DNA of 64,000 nt, from positions 9,000-72,999 of the forward strand of contig JAFWDK010000008.1 in the NCBI GenBank assembly GCA_017513085.1, written 5' to 3'. Under the pieces are notes generated by a model that was given only the letters and a program-made list of their open reading frames with translations, ran no database searches and was not told the DNA's origin. Each line of letters starts with the position of its first letter. Within the stretch, counting starts at the first letter, position 1. The DNA comes from Clostridiales bacterium. Lineage in GTDB: Bacteria > Bacillota > Clostridia > Saccharofermentanales > Saccharofermentanaceae. The translations under genes and the position numbers were made by a program. Shown piece by piece: positions 48,128-61,115 of this stretch.

Positions 48128-48412
48128 ATGAATAAATCAGAACTTATTGATGCAGTTGCAAAGTCAACAAAGTTGACAAAGAAGGATGCTGAGGCAGCTA
48201 TCAACGCTACACTCGATGCTATCGGCGATGCTCTCGCTGCTAAGAAGCCGGAGAAGGTTGTTCTCGTTGGTTTCGGTACATTCGAGACAAAGAAGCGTGC
48301 AGCTCGTAAGGGTCGCAACCCGAGCACAAAGGAAGTTATCGACATTCCTGCTTCCAAGGCTCCTGTTTTCAAGGCTGGTAAGGGCCTGAAGGACAAGGTT
48401 AACAAGAAGTAA
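48128..48412 (+). CDS. hup: DNA-binding protein HU
   Basis: MNKSELIDAVAKSTKLTKKDAEAAINATLDAIGDAL..GFGTFETKKRAARKGRNPSTKE. The RBS is GAAGGAGG. Confidence 0.93.
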   Translation: MNKSELIDAVAKSTKLTKKDAEAAINATLDAIGDALAAKKPEKVVLVGFGTFETKKRAARKGRNPSTKEVIDIPASKAPVFKAGKGLKDKVNKK

Positions 48413-48433
48413 TTTTTGTTAGATTGTTAGATC

Positions 48434-48465
48434 AAAAAGACTGTCTCATCGAGGCAGTCTTTTTC
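48434..48465 (+). terminator. Intrinsic terminator of hup
   Basis: AAAAAGACTGTCTC-ATC-GAGGCAGTCTTTTT hairpin with a U-tail. Confidence 0.75.
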
Positions 48466-48488
48466 TTTTGCCGTTATTCAGATCCCCA

Positions 48489-49088
48489 TCAATATTCCGA
48501 TCTTCCGTAACTTCGGAAAACTTCCTCCATGGAGGCATCCAGGAGCCGGTTGATCATGGATACCACACGGGTCTCCTCCCCTCCTTTTGCCCGTCGTTTC
48601 ATGGCATAACGGATATTTCTTTCCACCTGGCTGGGTGACATATGAAATACAGGCATGGCCTTCGGATAAAGAAGCTTGGCCACGCCACGAAGGAGCGACG
48701 GGTCCTGGAACAACTGATAGATCAGGAAACGCAAAATCTGTGTTCCGACCAGAGTCGGATCAAATCCGTTCTTCTTCAATGTCGTCTCGATCGCATAATA
48801 AACATATGCATCGTCGGCATGCGCACTTCGCCGGTCGGCACCGGTAATGCTCATTACTTTCTGATTGACCTGATTTGCCGCAAATTCACGGCCACGACGG
48901 CCGTCAACAAGATAGTGCACTTTCCCGTCCGCACTACTGATTCCGACCATTCCATTGTTGAGAAGCATGGAATTCACACAATTAAGAATCGCTCTATCAT
49001 CACATGCAATATAAAAACCATATTCATTCGGATTCTTGTGCTTGTATGAAGACTGCTCCCCAGAGGCAACTCTGCTGAAACTGTTCAT
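48489..49088 (-). CDS. Orphan Spo0A C-terminal (DNA-binding) domain-like protein without receiver domain
   Basis: The C-terminal half GTQILRFLIYQLFQDPSLLRGVAKLLYPKAMPVFHMSPSQVERNIRYAMKR parallels the Spo0A_C pattern (..[24 protein letters not shown]). The N-terminal ~100 aa are unassigned. Confidence 0.6.
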   Translation of the reverse strand: MNSFSRVASGEQSSYKHKNPNEYGFYIACDDRAILNCVNSMLLNNGMVGISSADGKVHYLVDGRRGREFAANQVNQKVMSITGADRRSAHADDAYVYYAIETTLKKNGFDPTLVGTQILRFLIYQLFQDPSLLRGVAKLLYPKAMPVFHMSPSQVERNIRYAMKRRAKGGEETRVVSMINRLLDASMEEVFRSYGRSEY

Positions 49089-49164
49089 ATTTTCACACTC
49101 CAAATGTTTTTTCTATATTAAAACATCTTCAGAAAACGAAGTCTATATGATATAAGCACAATTT

Positions 49165-49592
49165 TTATTTTTTCACGAACTCTTCTTCCTTATCCTCATC
49201 AAGCTCTTCCGCCTTCTGAATCGAATAAGCATAGTGCGCATAAGGTGTATACTTGACCATCACCTCGTCGCCTTTCTCAAGCTCGAATTCAAAAGGATTC
49301 ACATAATAGATCACTCCATTGATCGTTATGTGATCCTTGAAATAAGACACCTTCTCGATTGTTCCTCTCTCCTGCTTAAACGTGGAACGCAAAACCGTCG
49401 TAGTATCCAAAACACGCGGAATCGAGAAAACAGCAAGCTGGACAAGCAGGATCACCATAAGCACGACCGGCATGAGGAATAAGAAACCATGACGCCAGCG
49501 ATTGTGCTGCGTATTCTTCGTTGCCCATAAAAACACGATCAGAAGCAGCAGGCTGATCAGAAGATGCACGCCAAGATTTCCCCAGAAATAAC

Positions 49593-49596
<4 letters not shown>
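49165..49596 (-). CDS. Hypothetical membrane protein (2 TM + soluble C-terminal domain)
   Basis: 143 aa. There is an ATGA overlap with the upstream cyclo-ligase gene. No recognised family. Confidence 0.55.
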
Positions 49597-52875
<3,279 letters not shown>

Positions 52876-52895
52876 TTGCCTTCACTCCGTATCAA

Positions 52896-53132
52896 TCAAT
52901 CTTCAAACTCGTACGGATCATAATCTGCAAGAAGTTCCTTAAGAACAGCAACTTCTTCAGCAGTCAAAGTAATACCCTTTCCGGCACGCTCATGCTCCGG
53001 TGCCCAGTCACGGATATCCAGCTTCGGCTTACCGTCGTTCCAACGAATAATATTCACTTCACGATTCCAGTTAGATTTACTTGTAGACAAAATACCGATT
53101 TCCTTAACAACTTCGGACTTGATCTCTGCCAT
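52896..53132 (-). CDS. YdbC/PC4-like single-stranded DNA-binding family protein
   Basis: WNREVNIIRWNDGKPKLDIRDWAPEHERAGKGITLTAEEVAVLKELL is the YdbC (DUF2128, PC4-fold) signature. Confidence 0.75.
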   Translation of the reverse strand: MAEIKSEVVKEIGILSTSKSNWNREVNIIRWNDGKPKLDIRDWAPEHERAGKGITLTAEEVAVLKELLADYDPYEFED

Positions 53133-53243
53133 TTTCTTTTTCCTGCCTTCCTGTCAGGACATTTCCTGACAATTCTTTCAATACCAGATGATTATAACAT
53201 ATGCTATTATATTTTTTGACTACAATTTCATTGGAGATGCAAA

Positions 53244-54107
53244 ATGACTTTCAACATCGGTACGATCCTGCTTTGTATCCTCGGTCTGGGGTTCCTGACC
53301 GGAATCATTCTGCTCGTCTATTCCTATCTTGAAGCCGGAAACCTCAAGGTCGACATCCGGGATATCGATGCGTACCGATCGTCCGATCAAAAGTCCGGAG
53401 AAACCGTGACAATAGGATTTTTCTCCGATTCACACGGTAAATTCTGTCATTTCAAACCGGAGCGAGTCTCCCGGGAATTTCTCGAACACAACTGCGACCT
53501 GGTGCTTTTCGGCGGAGATTGCTGTCTGCATCATCATGTCGACCCGACGGATCTTACCATGTTGCGGGAGGTCGCATCCGATCTGAAAACAAAGGATATC
53601 GATCTTTTTGCCATCTACGGCAACCATGACGGACAGATGAAAGATGAATATTTCGAAGAGATGGGCGTGATCCTTCTCAAGGATTCCTGGCGGGAGATCA
53701 CCATCGGCAACGCCCGGTTTGCGCTTTGCGGACTTTACGACAGCGGGCGGGAAAACCGTGTCTGGCCGAAGATCCCGAAAGATTTCTCAGACTATCCGGG
53801 ATTCCGCCTTCTTCTTGTCCATAACCCTGATTATATCTATTCTCTTCCGGACTATACCGGAAAGAAAAACCTTCCTTACGATTATCAGCTTTCCGGTCAT
53901 CTGCACGGCGGTCAGGTCCATCTTCCGTTCACGCTGGAATATAAACTTCTGCGCTATGACCGCATCGCCCTGGAAGAAAATATCCTCGGAGGCGCTTTTA
54001 CCTTCCGAGGACTTTCCGGTTTTATCTCCAAGGGTGTCGGTTGCGGCGCTCTTCCCATCCGTTTCCGCGCACGCCCGGAGATCCATATTTTACGTTTTCA
54101 TTTTTAA
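53244..54107 (+). CDS. Membrane-anchored metallophosphoesterase (YkuE-like)
   Basis: N-terminal TM, then FFSDSHG, GGDC, YGNHD and SGHLHGGQ, which are calcineurin-like phosphoesterase motifs. Confidence 0.85.
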   Translation: MTFNIGTILLCILGLGFLTGIILLVYSYLEAGNLKVDIRDIDAYRSSDQKSGETVTIGFFSDSHGKFCHFKPERVSREFLEHNCDLVLFGGDCCLHHHVDPTDLTMLREVASDLKTKDIDLFAIYGNHDGQMKDEYFEEMGVILLKDSWREITIGNARFALCGLYDSGRENRVWPKIPKDFSDYPGFRLLLVHNPDYIYSLPDYTGKKNLPYDYQLSGHLHGGQVHLPFTLEYKLLRYDRIALEENILGGAFTFRGLSGFISKGVGCGALPIRFRARPEIHILRFHF

Positions 54108-54116
54108 TACCGCTGC

Positions 54117-55781
54117 TTAGCGATTCTCTAAGAAGTGTGGAGTGAAGCAGCAGAAAAGTGTACCCAGACCAATGTTTACCACGGTTCCGATCACCAACGC
54201 CGGAAGCATCACATGAAGAACAATACCGACGATCACCGCAATAATGGCAGGGAACATTCCGATGTACAGGAATACCATCTGAACCACTGCTTTGATCGAA
54301 CTGCCCGTCTTTTGCGGCAGAGAAACGTTGATAAATGTACCCACTGCCGTGCCGAAGAAGCTGACGGATATGATGAACAGCATCCAGCCTAATACAACCA
54401 GAGGATTCTCCATCAGGAGAACGGTTACCACGATCAACGGAAGCAGAAGGTCGATTGCACAAACCACAAGTCCTCCGAACATGGAATACCACATTTTCAT
54501 AAACGAAGAATCCGGAACGAGTACGAAAAACTCTCTTGATGTATCTTCTTCCAGAGGGTTGCCCAATGTCCGGTAAAATACCAGCACGATCAAAGCTATC
54601 GCAGGTACCACGATCGGGCTTGCGCCATCAATGTCACGTCCCAGCCAGGCCGCTACGCCGGCTACAAGTGTAAATACGATCGATGTCTTCGAAAGCACTT
54701 TGAAAATACCGAAGCGCAGGCGGTTATAGATCGGTTTGAAGAAGAATACGCTGGCGCCAAAACCATGCGAGAAACCTTCACGATTCAGCTTATCGCTTCT
54801 GTCTTTCTGTCTGGTCATAACACCACCATTGGCAGATCTCTTGGCATTGTCGAGCAATTCCGCTTTCTTCTCTGCCGCGCCAATAGCATCTTCGTAAAAA
54901 TCTGCTTTCATCTTCCAGATAAAGACGACCAGGCATGCGCAACCAAGGATAAACAAAGCCAGGAAGATCAAGGATCTTGCCACAGAACCGGTGAGCGCAT
55001 AGTAGCAGAAACCACGGATCCAGCCCCAGAAAGGAACAAAGAATGTGTTACGGTTTCCGAAGAAACGGCATGCGCAAGTAAGAAGATCTTTCTCGGAACC
55101 GAGCGTTCTATAAAGGAAGAAAGCACCTGCCAGTACAGCTAAAAACACGATCAGATATGTCGTCATACTCTTGCCCGGACGCTTCCTGTTCGAAGAAATC
55201 GTATAGAATGCTACCTGGATCAGAGTACCCAGGACCGAAAGGAGCGAATACGCGAAGATGATCGAAAGGCTTCCGTAAATACTGAATCCTGCCCCTGAGG
55301 TAAGTTGAGGCATATAGAACAGCATACCTATGGAACATAACACCATCAGGCCCATCTGTCCCAAAAGACGGAAAAGCATGACTGACTGGGGTTTGATCGG
55401 TGCGGCAAATAACATCGGAACATCACCGGGCTGGAAAATATTGCCGGCCTTTTGTGAATTGGCGATATTCGATACCAAAACCAGGATCGCAGCCAAGGCA
55501 ATGATAGTATCTGTAAACAGGTACTTATCGATCCCTCTCTTTTCGAGGAAATTCTGAGAGTCTTCAGAATCGGCTTCTTCATCCTTCTCTCCCAGACCAA
55601 TAGTAACCGAGATTTGTTCTTTCTCGTCGGGATCATCGGAATCCGGTATAAGGCTACCGATCACAAATCCGATTAATCCACCCACGATCATTAGCACAAG
55701 AAACAAGGCAACCCATGTCTTCAAAAGTTTTTTGAACGTATTAATGAAAGAATGGGCAAAGTAGTACAGGAAGGGTCTCAT
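54117..55781 (-). CDS. Putative ABC exporter permease (large polytopic, ABC_export-like)
   Basis: 554 aa with at least 10 TM. The start overlaps the stop of the upstream ABC ATPase by 1 nt. Confidence 0.7.
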   Translation of the reverse strand: MRPFLYYFAHSFINTFKKLLKTWVALFLVLMIVGGLIGFVIGSLIPDSDDPDEKEQISVTIGLGEKDEEADSEDSQNFLEKRGIDKYLFTDTIIALAAILVLVSNIANSQKAGNIFQPGDVPMLFAAPIKPQSVMLFRLLGQMGLMVLCSIGMLFYMPQLTSGAGFSIYGSLSIIFAYSLLSVLGTLIQVAFYTISSNRKRPGKSMTTYLIVFLAVLAGAFFLYRTLGSEKDLLTCACRFFGNRNTFFVPFWGWIRGFCYYALTGSVARSLIFLALFILGCACLVVFIWKMKADFYEDAIGAAEKKAELLDNAKRSANGGVMTRQKDRSDKLNREGFSHGFGASVFFFKPIYNRLRFGIFKVLSKTSIVFTLVAGVAAWLGRDIDGASPIVVPAIALIVLVFYRTLGNPLEEDTSREFFVLVPDSSFMKMWYSMFGGLVVCAIDLLLPLIVVTVLLMENPLVVLGWMLFIISVSFFGTAVGTFINVSLPQKTGSSIKAVVQMVFLYIGMFPAIIAVIVGIVLHVMLPALVIGTVVNIGLGTLFCCFTPHFLENR

Positions 55782-56554
55782 TATGCGTTCTCCCCCTTCA
55801 CCTGCTCATTCGAATTGTCGGATCCTTCGGCTTCGGAATGGCTGACGTCATCTTTTTCTATGCCTTCAGTAACCTCAAAGAAGATGTCTTCCAACGTTTT
55901 TCCCGCGCCTTCGATTTCCGGACGGGTGATATTCGCGCGGACAGTTCCCTTCTGCATAATGATCGTGCGGTCCCAGAGCATGTCCACACTGTCGATGATA
56001 TGCGTACTGATCAGCATGGTCTTTCCCGCCTGACGCATCTCCTCGATGTAGTTCTTCAGTTCTTTTATAGCATGAGGGTCCAAACCGAGAAGCGGCTCAT
56101 CCATGAGGATAATATCAGGATCCGGCAGAAGGCCGATGCAAAGGTTCAATTTCTGCTGCATGCCTTTGGAAAGCTCATCGCCGAACTTCTTTTTCTTATC
56201 TGCCAGTTCAAAACGATCCAGAAGCATCTGAATACGGTCTTTATAGTTTGTCATCTTATATGCACGGGCAATGAATTCCATATGCTCGATCACGGTAAGG
56301 TTAGGATAAAGTGACGGCATCTCCGGGATATACCCCAGAACTCTTCTGGCCTGGACCGTCTTATTCGGCATACCATTGACGGTAATGCTGCCCTGGTATT
56401 TCAAAAAACCGATGATCGACTTGATGATCGTACTCTTGCCCGCTCCGTTCGGTCCCAAAAGAACCGTCAGGCTGCCCGGCTGCAAGGTAAACGACACATT
56501 ATCACAGGCAAGTGTCTTTCCGAACTTTTTAGTCACTCCATTAATCTCTAACAT
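55781..56554 (-). CDS. ABC transporter ATP-binding protein
   Basis: GPNGAGKST, LSKGMQQKLNL and IILMDEPLLGLD. Confidence 0.9.
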   Translation of the reverse strand: MLEINGVTKKFGKTLACDNVSFTLQPGSLTVLLGPNGAGKSTIIKSIIGFLKYQGSITVNGMPNKTVQARRVLGYIPEMPSLYPNLTVIEHMEFIARAYKMTNYKDRIQMLLDRFELADKKKKFGDELSKGMQQKLNLCIGLLPDPDIILMDEPLLGLDPHAIKELKNYIEEMRQAGKTMLISTHIIDSVDMLWDRTIIMQKGTVRANITRPEIEGAGKTLEDIFFEVTEGIEKDDVSHSEAEGSDNSNEQVKGENA

Positions 56555-56793
56555 AGAAAATCCTCACTTCTTCTTTTTTTCTCTCCAAGCGCTTATTTAA
56601 CGATACCATTGTAAAAATGAAAGGTAAATCCATAGTCTAGATAATCTAAAGAAATAGTAAAGTATGTTTTTTCGCTATTTTCACGGCTTCTATATATCCT
56701 TATAATGATTGAGTTATTCGTATTCTAGTGTTAAGATTGTCTACGGCGATTTTATATATAAGGAAAAAGAACTAGTTAGAACAGGAAAAATAT

Positions 56794-59601
56794 ATGTCTT
56801 TTGCTTCGATTTTATATCAATTACTTCTGGCTCCTCTCGAGCTGATCTATGAGCTGGTCTATAACTTTGCCAGCAATATTCTTCAGGATTACGGCGCTGC
56901 GATCATTCCGCTGAGCCTTGCCGTCAACTTCCTGCTTCTGCCTTTTTACCAGCGTGCTGACGCGATCCAGAAAGCAGAGAAAGATATGCAGAACAAACTG
57001 GCAGCCGGCGTCGCCCACATCAAGAAGACCTTCAAGGGCGATGAGCGCTTCATGATGCTCAACACCTACTACCGACAGAATCACTATAAGCCGATCTATT
57101 CCCTTCGAAGCTCGATCCCGCTGCTTTTGCAGGTACCGTTCTTCATTTCGGCGTACAATTTTCTTTCGAATCTTCCGGATCTGCAGGGCACAAGATTTGC
57201 CTGCTTTTCCGATCTGAGTTCTCCGGATGCGCTGATCAGGATCGCCGGGATCTCCATCAACCTTTTGCCTATCCTCATGACGCTCATCAACGTCATCTCC
57301 AGTGAGATCTATATGAAAGGACACCCTTTCAAGGATAAGATCCAGCTTCACGGCATGGCCCTGATCTTCCTGGTCCTTCTCTACGATTCGCCGTCCGGTC
57401 TTGTTTTATACTGGACCCTGAATAATGTCTTCTCCCTTGTGAAGAATATCGTAAACGGAAGCAAACGCCCGAAACTGTGCGTCAGCATCTTCATGTCGCT
57501 GGTCGGTTTCCTTGCCTTCTTCTACGCATTCTTCAGCTACAAGGGACCGAACAATTATAAGCTCGCAATCATTCTGATCGGACTTTTGTTCCACCTGCCG
57601 TCGATCATCAACCTGATCCGCATGAAGATGCCGGCCAAGACCAAAGAGGCAAAAGAATCCTCCGAGCTCTCAGCCGAACAAAAGAAAGCAGACAACCGTC
57701 TTTTCCTGTATGGCGCTTCATTCCTGACCATCATGACAGGACTTCTCATCCCAGCAGCGGTCATCCGTTCCTCTCCGGCAGAATTCGTACTGGTCACGGA
57801 TTTCCATTCTCCGCTCCGCTACGTATTCCTGTCATTTCTCATGGCCGCCGGTCTCTTCCTGATCTGGTGCGGTCTCTTCTACTTCCTTTCCAAACCGAAG
57901 TCCAGAAGAGTTTTCAGCGTCGTTCTCCTGATCATGTCCATTGCCGGCACAGTCAACTACATGCTTTTTGCCAAACACCTGACATCCCTTACCTCCGATC
58001 TGAAATATGAGGGTGGCATGTCCTTTTCGACCAAAGAGATCATCATCAATCTGGCAGCCGTGGCGGCCATCTGTGTAATTCTTCCGATCCTCTGGAAGAA
58101 GAAGCACCAGATCGTGTCGAAAGTGTTCCCGCTTATCGTGATCGCTGTCTTTGGCATGTCCATCTACAACATGGTCGGCATCCAGCAGTCCATCAACGAG
58201 GTACGCGAAGTCGTAGAAAACCAGTCCACCGAGCTCGCCACTTTCCAGTTCAGCAAAAAAGGCAAGAACGTCGTCGTCTTTATGCTCGACCGTGCAGTCA
58301 GCTGCTACGTCCCGTATTTCTTCCAGGAAAACCCGGACCTGGCGAAGCAGTTCGACGGATTCACCTGGTATCCGAACACACTCTCTTTCGGAGTAAGAAC
58401 CAACACCGCGGCGCCGGCGCTTTTCGGCGGGTATGATTACACACCGGACCAGATCAATGCCAGAGCAGACGAGCTTCTCGAAAACAAACACAACGAAGCG
58501 CTGAAAGTTATGCCGGTGCTTTTTGATCAGGCCGGATATCAAGTCACCGTATGCGACCCGCCTTATGCAGGCTACGGCTGGATCCCGGATCTTTCGATCT
58601 ACGATGAATACCCGGACATCCGTGCTTTCAATACAGAGATCGGCCAGTTCCGTGACCAGACGGAGAGTAATATTCTGAGGAAACAAGCCTGGAAGCGTAA
58701 CTTCTTCTGTTACAGTTTCATGAAGGTCATGCCGCTTCCTGTCCAGTACGTTATTTACCAGGACGGCGCCTACTTCAGTCCGGGAAGCACCAATAAAGTT
58801 CTGATGCAGTCCGAGGCGATCACAACTTCCAAGCCGTCCGTCGGCGTATGGAATCCTTTCATGAACGCCTACTCCGCGCTGAGCTCGCTTTCTGACATGA
58901 CGAAGATTTCCGAAGGTGACGAGAATAATTTCCTCATGATGCAGAATGGTACCGCCCACAACGTCATGATGCTTCAGGAACCCGGATATGTCCCGGCAAA
59001 AGAAGTCGACAATACGGAGTTCGAATCTACGCATCAGGACCGTTTCACACTTGACGGCAAGACGCTCGAGATGGATAACGCCTATAAGATCGTGCACTAC
59101 CAGTGCAACATGGCCGCACTCCTTCAGATGGGCAAATGGATGGACTACCTGCGCGAACAAGGCGTGTACGACAACACCAGGATCATCATCGTAGCCGATC
59201 ACGGCTGGACACTCGGTCATTTCGACAACATGATCTTCGGAACCGATCTGGCGGATACTTCCTATTACAATCCGGAAGACGCCATGGGTTACAACCCGCT
59301 CCTGCTCGTCAAAGACTTCGGCAGCACCGGTCCGGTCAAGACCGACTACACTTTCATGACCAACGCGGACACCCCGTCGCTGGCGATGATGGATCTTCTG
59401 GATTCACCGATCAACCCGTTTACCGGCCGTGCGATCAATCGTCCGGAAGAAAAACAGAAAGACTCGATGCTGGTTATGTATACCGATAACTGGAGCGTCG
59501 AATTCAATAACGGAAACACCTTCTCCGGATGCGTATGGTTCAACTGCAGAAACCAGAACATCTTCGAGAAAGAAAACTGGTCCAGAGCCCAGGATCAATA
59601 A
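56794..59601 (+). CDS. Fusion protein: YidC/Oxa1-like insertase domain + extra TM bundle + extracytoplasmic sulfatase/alkaline-phosphatase-superfamily (LtaS/PEtN-transferase-like) domain
   Basis: Residues 1-215 carry 60KD_IMP motifs (LLPFYQRADAIQKAEKDMQ..MLNTYYRQNHYKP..PLLLQVPFFISAYNFL..GLVLYWTLNNVFSLVKN). Residues ~220-470 hold about 7 more TM helices. Residues ~480-935 carry VVVFMLDRAVS, GVRTNTAAPALFGG and IIIVADHGW, which are metal-site and nucleophile-type motifs of the sulfatase superfamily. Confidence 0.75.
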   Translation: MSFASILYQLLLAPLELIYELVYNFASNILQDYGAAIIPLSLAVNFLLLPFYQRADAIQKAEKDMQNKLAAGVAHIKKTFKGDERFMMLNTYYRQNHYKPIYSLRSSIPLLLQVPFFISAYNFLSNLPDLQGTRFACFSDLSSPDALIRIAGISINLLPILMTLINVISSEIYMKGHPFKDKIQLHGMALIFLVLLYDSPSGLVLYWTLNNVFSLVKNIVNGSKRPKLCVSIFMSLVGFLAFFYAFFSYKGPNNYKLAIILIGLLFHLPSIINLIRMKMPAKTKEAKESSELSAEQKKADNRLFLYGASFLTIMTGLLIPAAVIRSSPAEFVLVTDFHSPLRYVFLSFLMAAGLFLIWCGLFYFLSKPKSRRVFSVVLLIMSIAGTVNYMLFAKHLTSLTSDLKYEGGMSFSTKEIIINLAAVAAICVILPILWKKKHQIVSKVFPLIVIAVFGMSIYNMVGIQQSINEVREVVENQSTELATFQFSKKGKNVVVFMLDRAVSCYVPYFFQENPDLAKQFDGFTWYPNTLSFGVRTNTAAPALFGGYDYTPDQINARADELLENKHNEALKVMPVLFDQAGYQVTVCDPPYAGYGWIPDLSIYDEYPDIRAFNTEIGQFRDQTESNILRKQAWKRNFFCYSFMKVMPLPVQYVIYQDGAYFSPGSTNKVLMQSEAITTSKPSVGVWNPFMNAYSALSSLSDMTKISEGDENNFLMMQNGTAHNVMMLQEPGYVPAKEVDNTEFESTHQDRFTLDGKTLEMDNAYKIVHYQCNMAALLQMGKWMDYLREQGVYDNTRIIIVADHGWTLGHFDNMIFGTDLADTSYYNPEDAMGYNPLLLVKDFGSTGPVKTDYTFMTNADTPSLAMMDLLDSPINPFTGRAINRPEEKQKDSMLVMYTDNWSVEFNNGNTFSGCVWFNCRNQNIFEKENWSRAQDQ

Positions 59602-59613
59602 GGAGGGATGCAT

Positions 59614-60906
59614 ATGTTTACACTTCAACAGATCAGTCAGCTCGTATGCCTCACTCCCCGCGTGAGACTGTACATCGACCCGGGAACGGGCAGCATGCTC
59701 TTCGCCGTACTCATCGGACTTCTCGGCGTAGGCCGCTTCCTCTTCAAAGGCCTCTGGGTCAAGCTCCGTTTCCTTTTCAGCGGCGGCAAGAAGACCGACG
59801 CTGACAACGACGTGATCCCGCTCGCCGTCTTCTCGGACGACAAGCGTTACTGGTCCGTCTTTGAGCCGATCCTGCGGGAACTCGACCAGCGCGGATTCGA
59901 CGTCGTTTATATGACCGCATCCGAAGACGACCCTGGCCTCAAGACCGACCTGTCTCACGTAAAAGCCGAGTGCATCGGTCCGGGAAACCACGCATTTGCC
60001 AAACTGAACTTCACCAAAGCCACCATGCTGCTCTCGACCACACCGGGACTGGATGTCTACCAGTGGAAGCGTTCCAAAGATGTAAAATACTACATCCACA
60101 TTCCGCACTCCCCGGCCGAGCTCACCACTTACCGCATGTTCGGCACAGACTACTATGACGCCATGATGCTTTCCGGCCAGTACCAGATCGACGATGCACG
60201 CGAGCTCGAAAAGCTCCGCGATCTTCCGGCAAAAGAACTCACCCTCGTGGGTATTCCTTTCCTCGACGAGAAGGTTAAGCGTCTGGAAGCATTCAAAGCG
60301 CAAAATAAGGACGATGACACCAAACATGAGCGTACGGTCCTTCTCGCTCCTTCCTGGGGCGAGAGTGCCATTCTCAAGCGTTACGGCGGGGATATGATCC
60401 GCCGCCTCCTCGACACCGGCTACCATATCATCATCCGCCCGCACCCGCAGTCCTTCACTTCCGAAAAAGATTTGATGGACAAGCTGATGCAGGAATTCCC
60501 GGAAAGCGACAGACTGGAATGGAACCGAGACAATGATAACTTCGATGTTCTCAACCGCTCTGACATCATGATCTCCGACTTCTCCGGCGTCATCTTTGAA
60601 TTCGCACTCGTATTCGACAAACCAGTCATCTGCGCAGACACCGAATTTGACTCCTCACCTTACGACGCCTGGTGGCTCGGCAGACTCCCCTGGGGCCAGA
60701 CCGCGATTCCACGCATCGGCAAGATCCTGACCAAAGACAACTTCTCCGAGATCAAAAACATGATCGACACCTGCATCGAAGACAAATCCTTCGAAGAAAG
60801 CCGCCACGCCGTCCGCGACGAAACCTGGACCCACCGCGGCGAAGGCGCCAGACTCGCCGCCGACTACATCACGGAAAAGTACAAAGAGTTAAAAACAACC
60901 AAGTAA
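59614..60906 (+). CDS. CDP-glycerol glycerophosphotransferase (TagB/TagF) family protein
   Basis: LAPSWGESAILKRYG..IIIRPHPQS..DIMISDFSGVIFEFALVFDKPVI is the TagF-family C-terminal catalytic pattern. ATG 59614 lies 6 nt after AGGAGGG, whereas the ATG at 59608 abuts the RBS. Confidence 0.8.
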   Translation: MFTLQQISQLVCLTPRVRLYIDPGTGSMLFAVLIGLLGVGRFLFKGLWVKLRFLFSGGKKTDADNDVIPLAVFSDDKRYWSVFEPILRELDQRGFDVVYMTASEDDPGLKTDLSHVKAECIGPGNHAFAKLNFTKATMLLSTTPGLDVYQWKRSKDVKYYIHIPHSPAELTTYRMFGTDYYDAMMLSGQYQIDDARELEKLRDLPAKELTLVGIPFLDEKVKRLEAFKAQNKDDDTKHERTVLLAPSWGESAILKRYGGDMIRRLLDTGYHIIIRPHPQSFTSEKDLMDKLMQEFPESDRLEWNRDNDNFDVLNRSDIMISDFSGVIFEFALVFDKPVICADTEFDSSPYDAWWLGRLPWGQTAIPRIGKILTKDNFSEIKNMIDTCIEDKSFEESRHAVRDETWTHRGEGARLAADYITEKYKELKTTK

Positions 60907-60933
60907 AACACAAAAACTTATCCCGCAAACAAA

Positions 60934-60978
60934 AACCTTGCTTCCCCGCAAAATCGCAGAGAAACAAGGTTATTTTTT
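60934..60978 (+). terminator. Intrinsic terminator after the TagF-like gene
   Basis: AACCTTGCTTC..GAAACAAGGTT stem (one mismatch) followed by ATTTTTTG. Confidence 0.55.
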
Positions 60979-60980
60979 GC

Positions 60981-61049
60981 CCCGGACATTGTTTGTGATT
61001 TCAAATTTCGCCGCGATTACGCAGGGCAAAGCCCGAGTACCAGCGGCGA
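60981..61049. repeat. Intergenic structured repeat, copy 1
   Basis: CCCGGACATTGTTTGTGATTTCAAATTTCGCCGCGATTACGCAGGGCAAAGCCCGAGTACCAGCGGCGA. It matches copy 2 except for a 4-nt insertion and one substitution. Confidence 0.85.
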
Positions 61050-61115
61050 TTTACTTCCTTTACACCGGAAACTCACCCACCAAATGAAATCCTCGCAGGA
61101 ACTAACTATTACAGT

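Noticed and set aside
59608-59610. ATG at 59608 as the start of the TagF-like gene
   Set aside because: It directly abuts the AGGAGGG Shine-Dalgarno with zero spacing. The ATG at 59614 has the normal 6-nt spacing.
57832-60444. 462-aa and 346-aa minus-strand ORFs
   Set aside because: They are antisense to the YidC-sulfatase fusion and the TagF-like gene, whose + strand products carry family motifs and strong RBSs.
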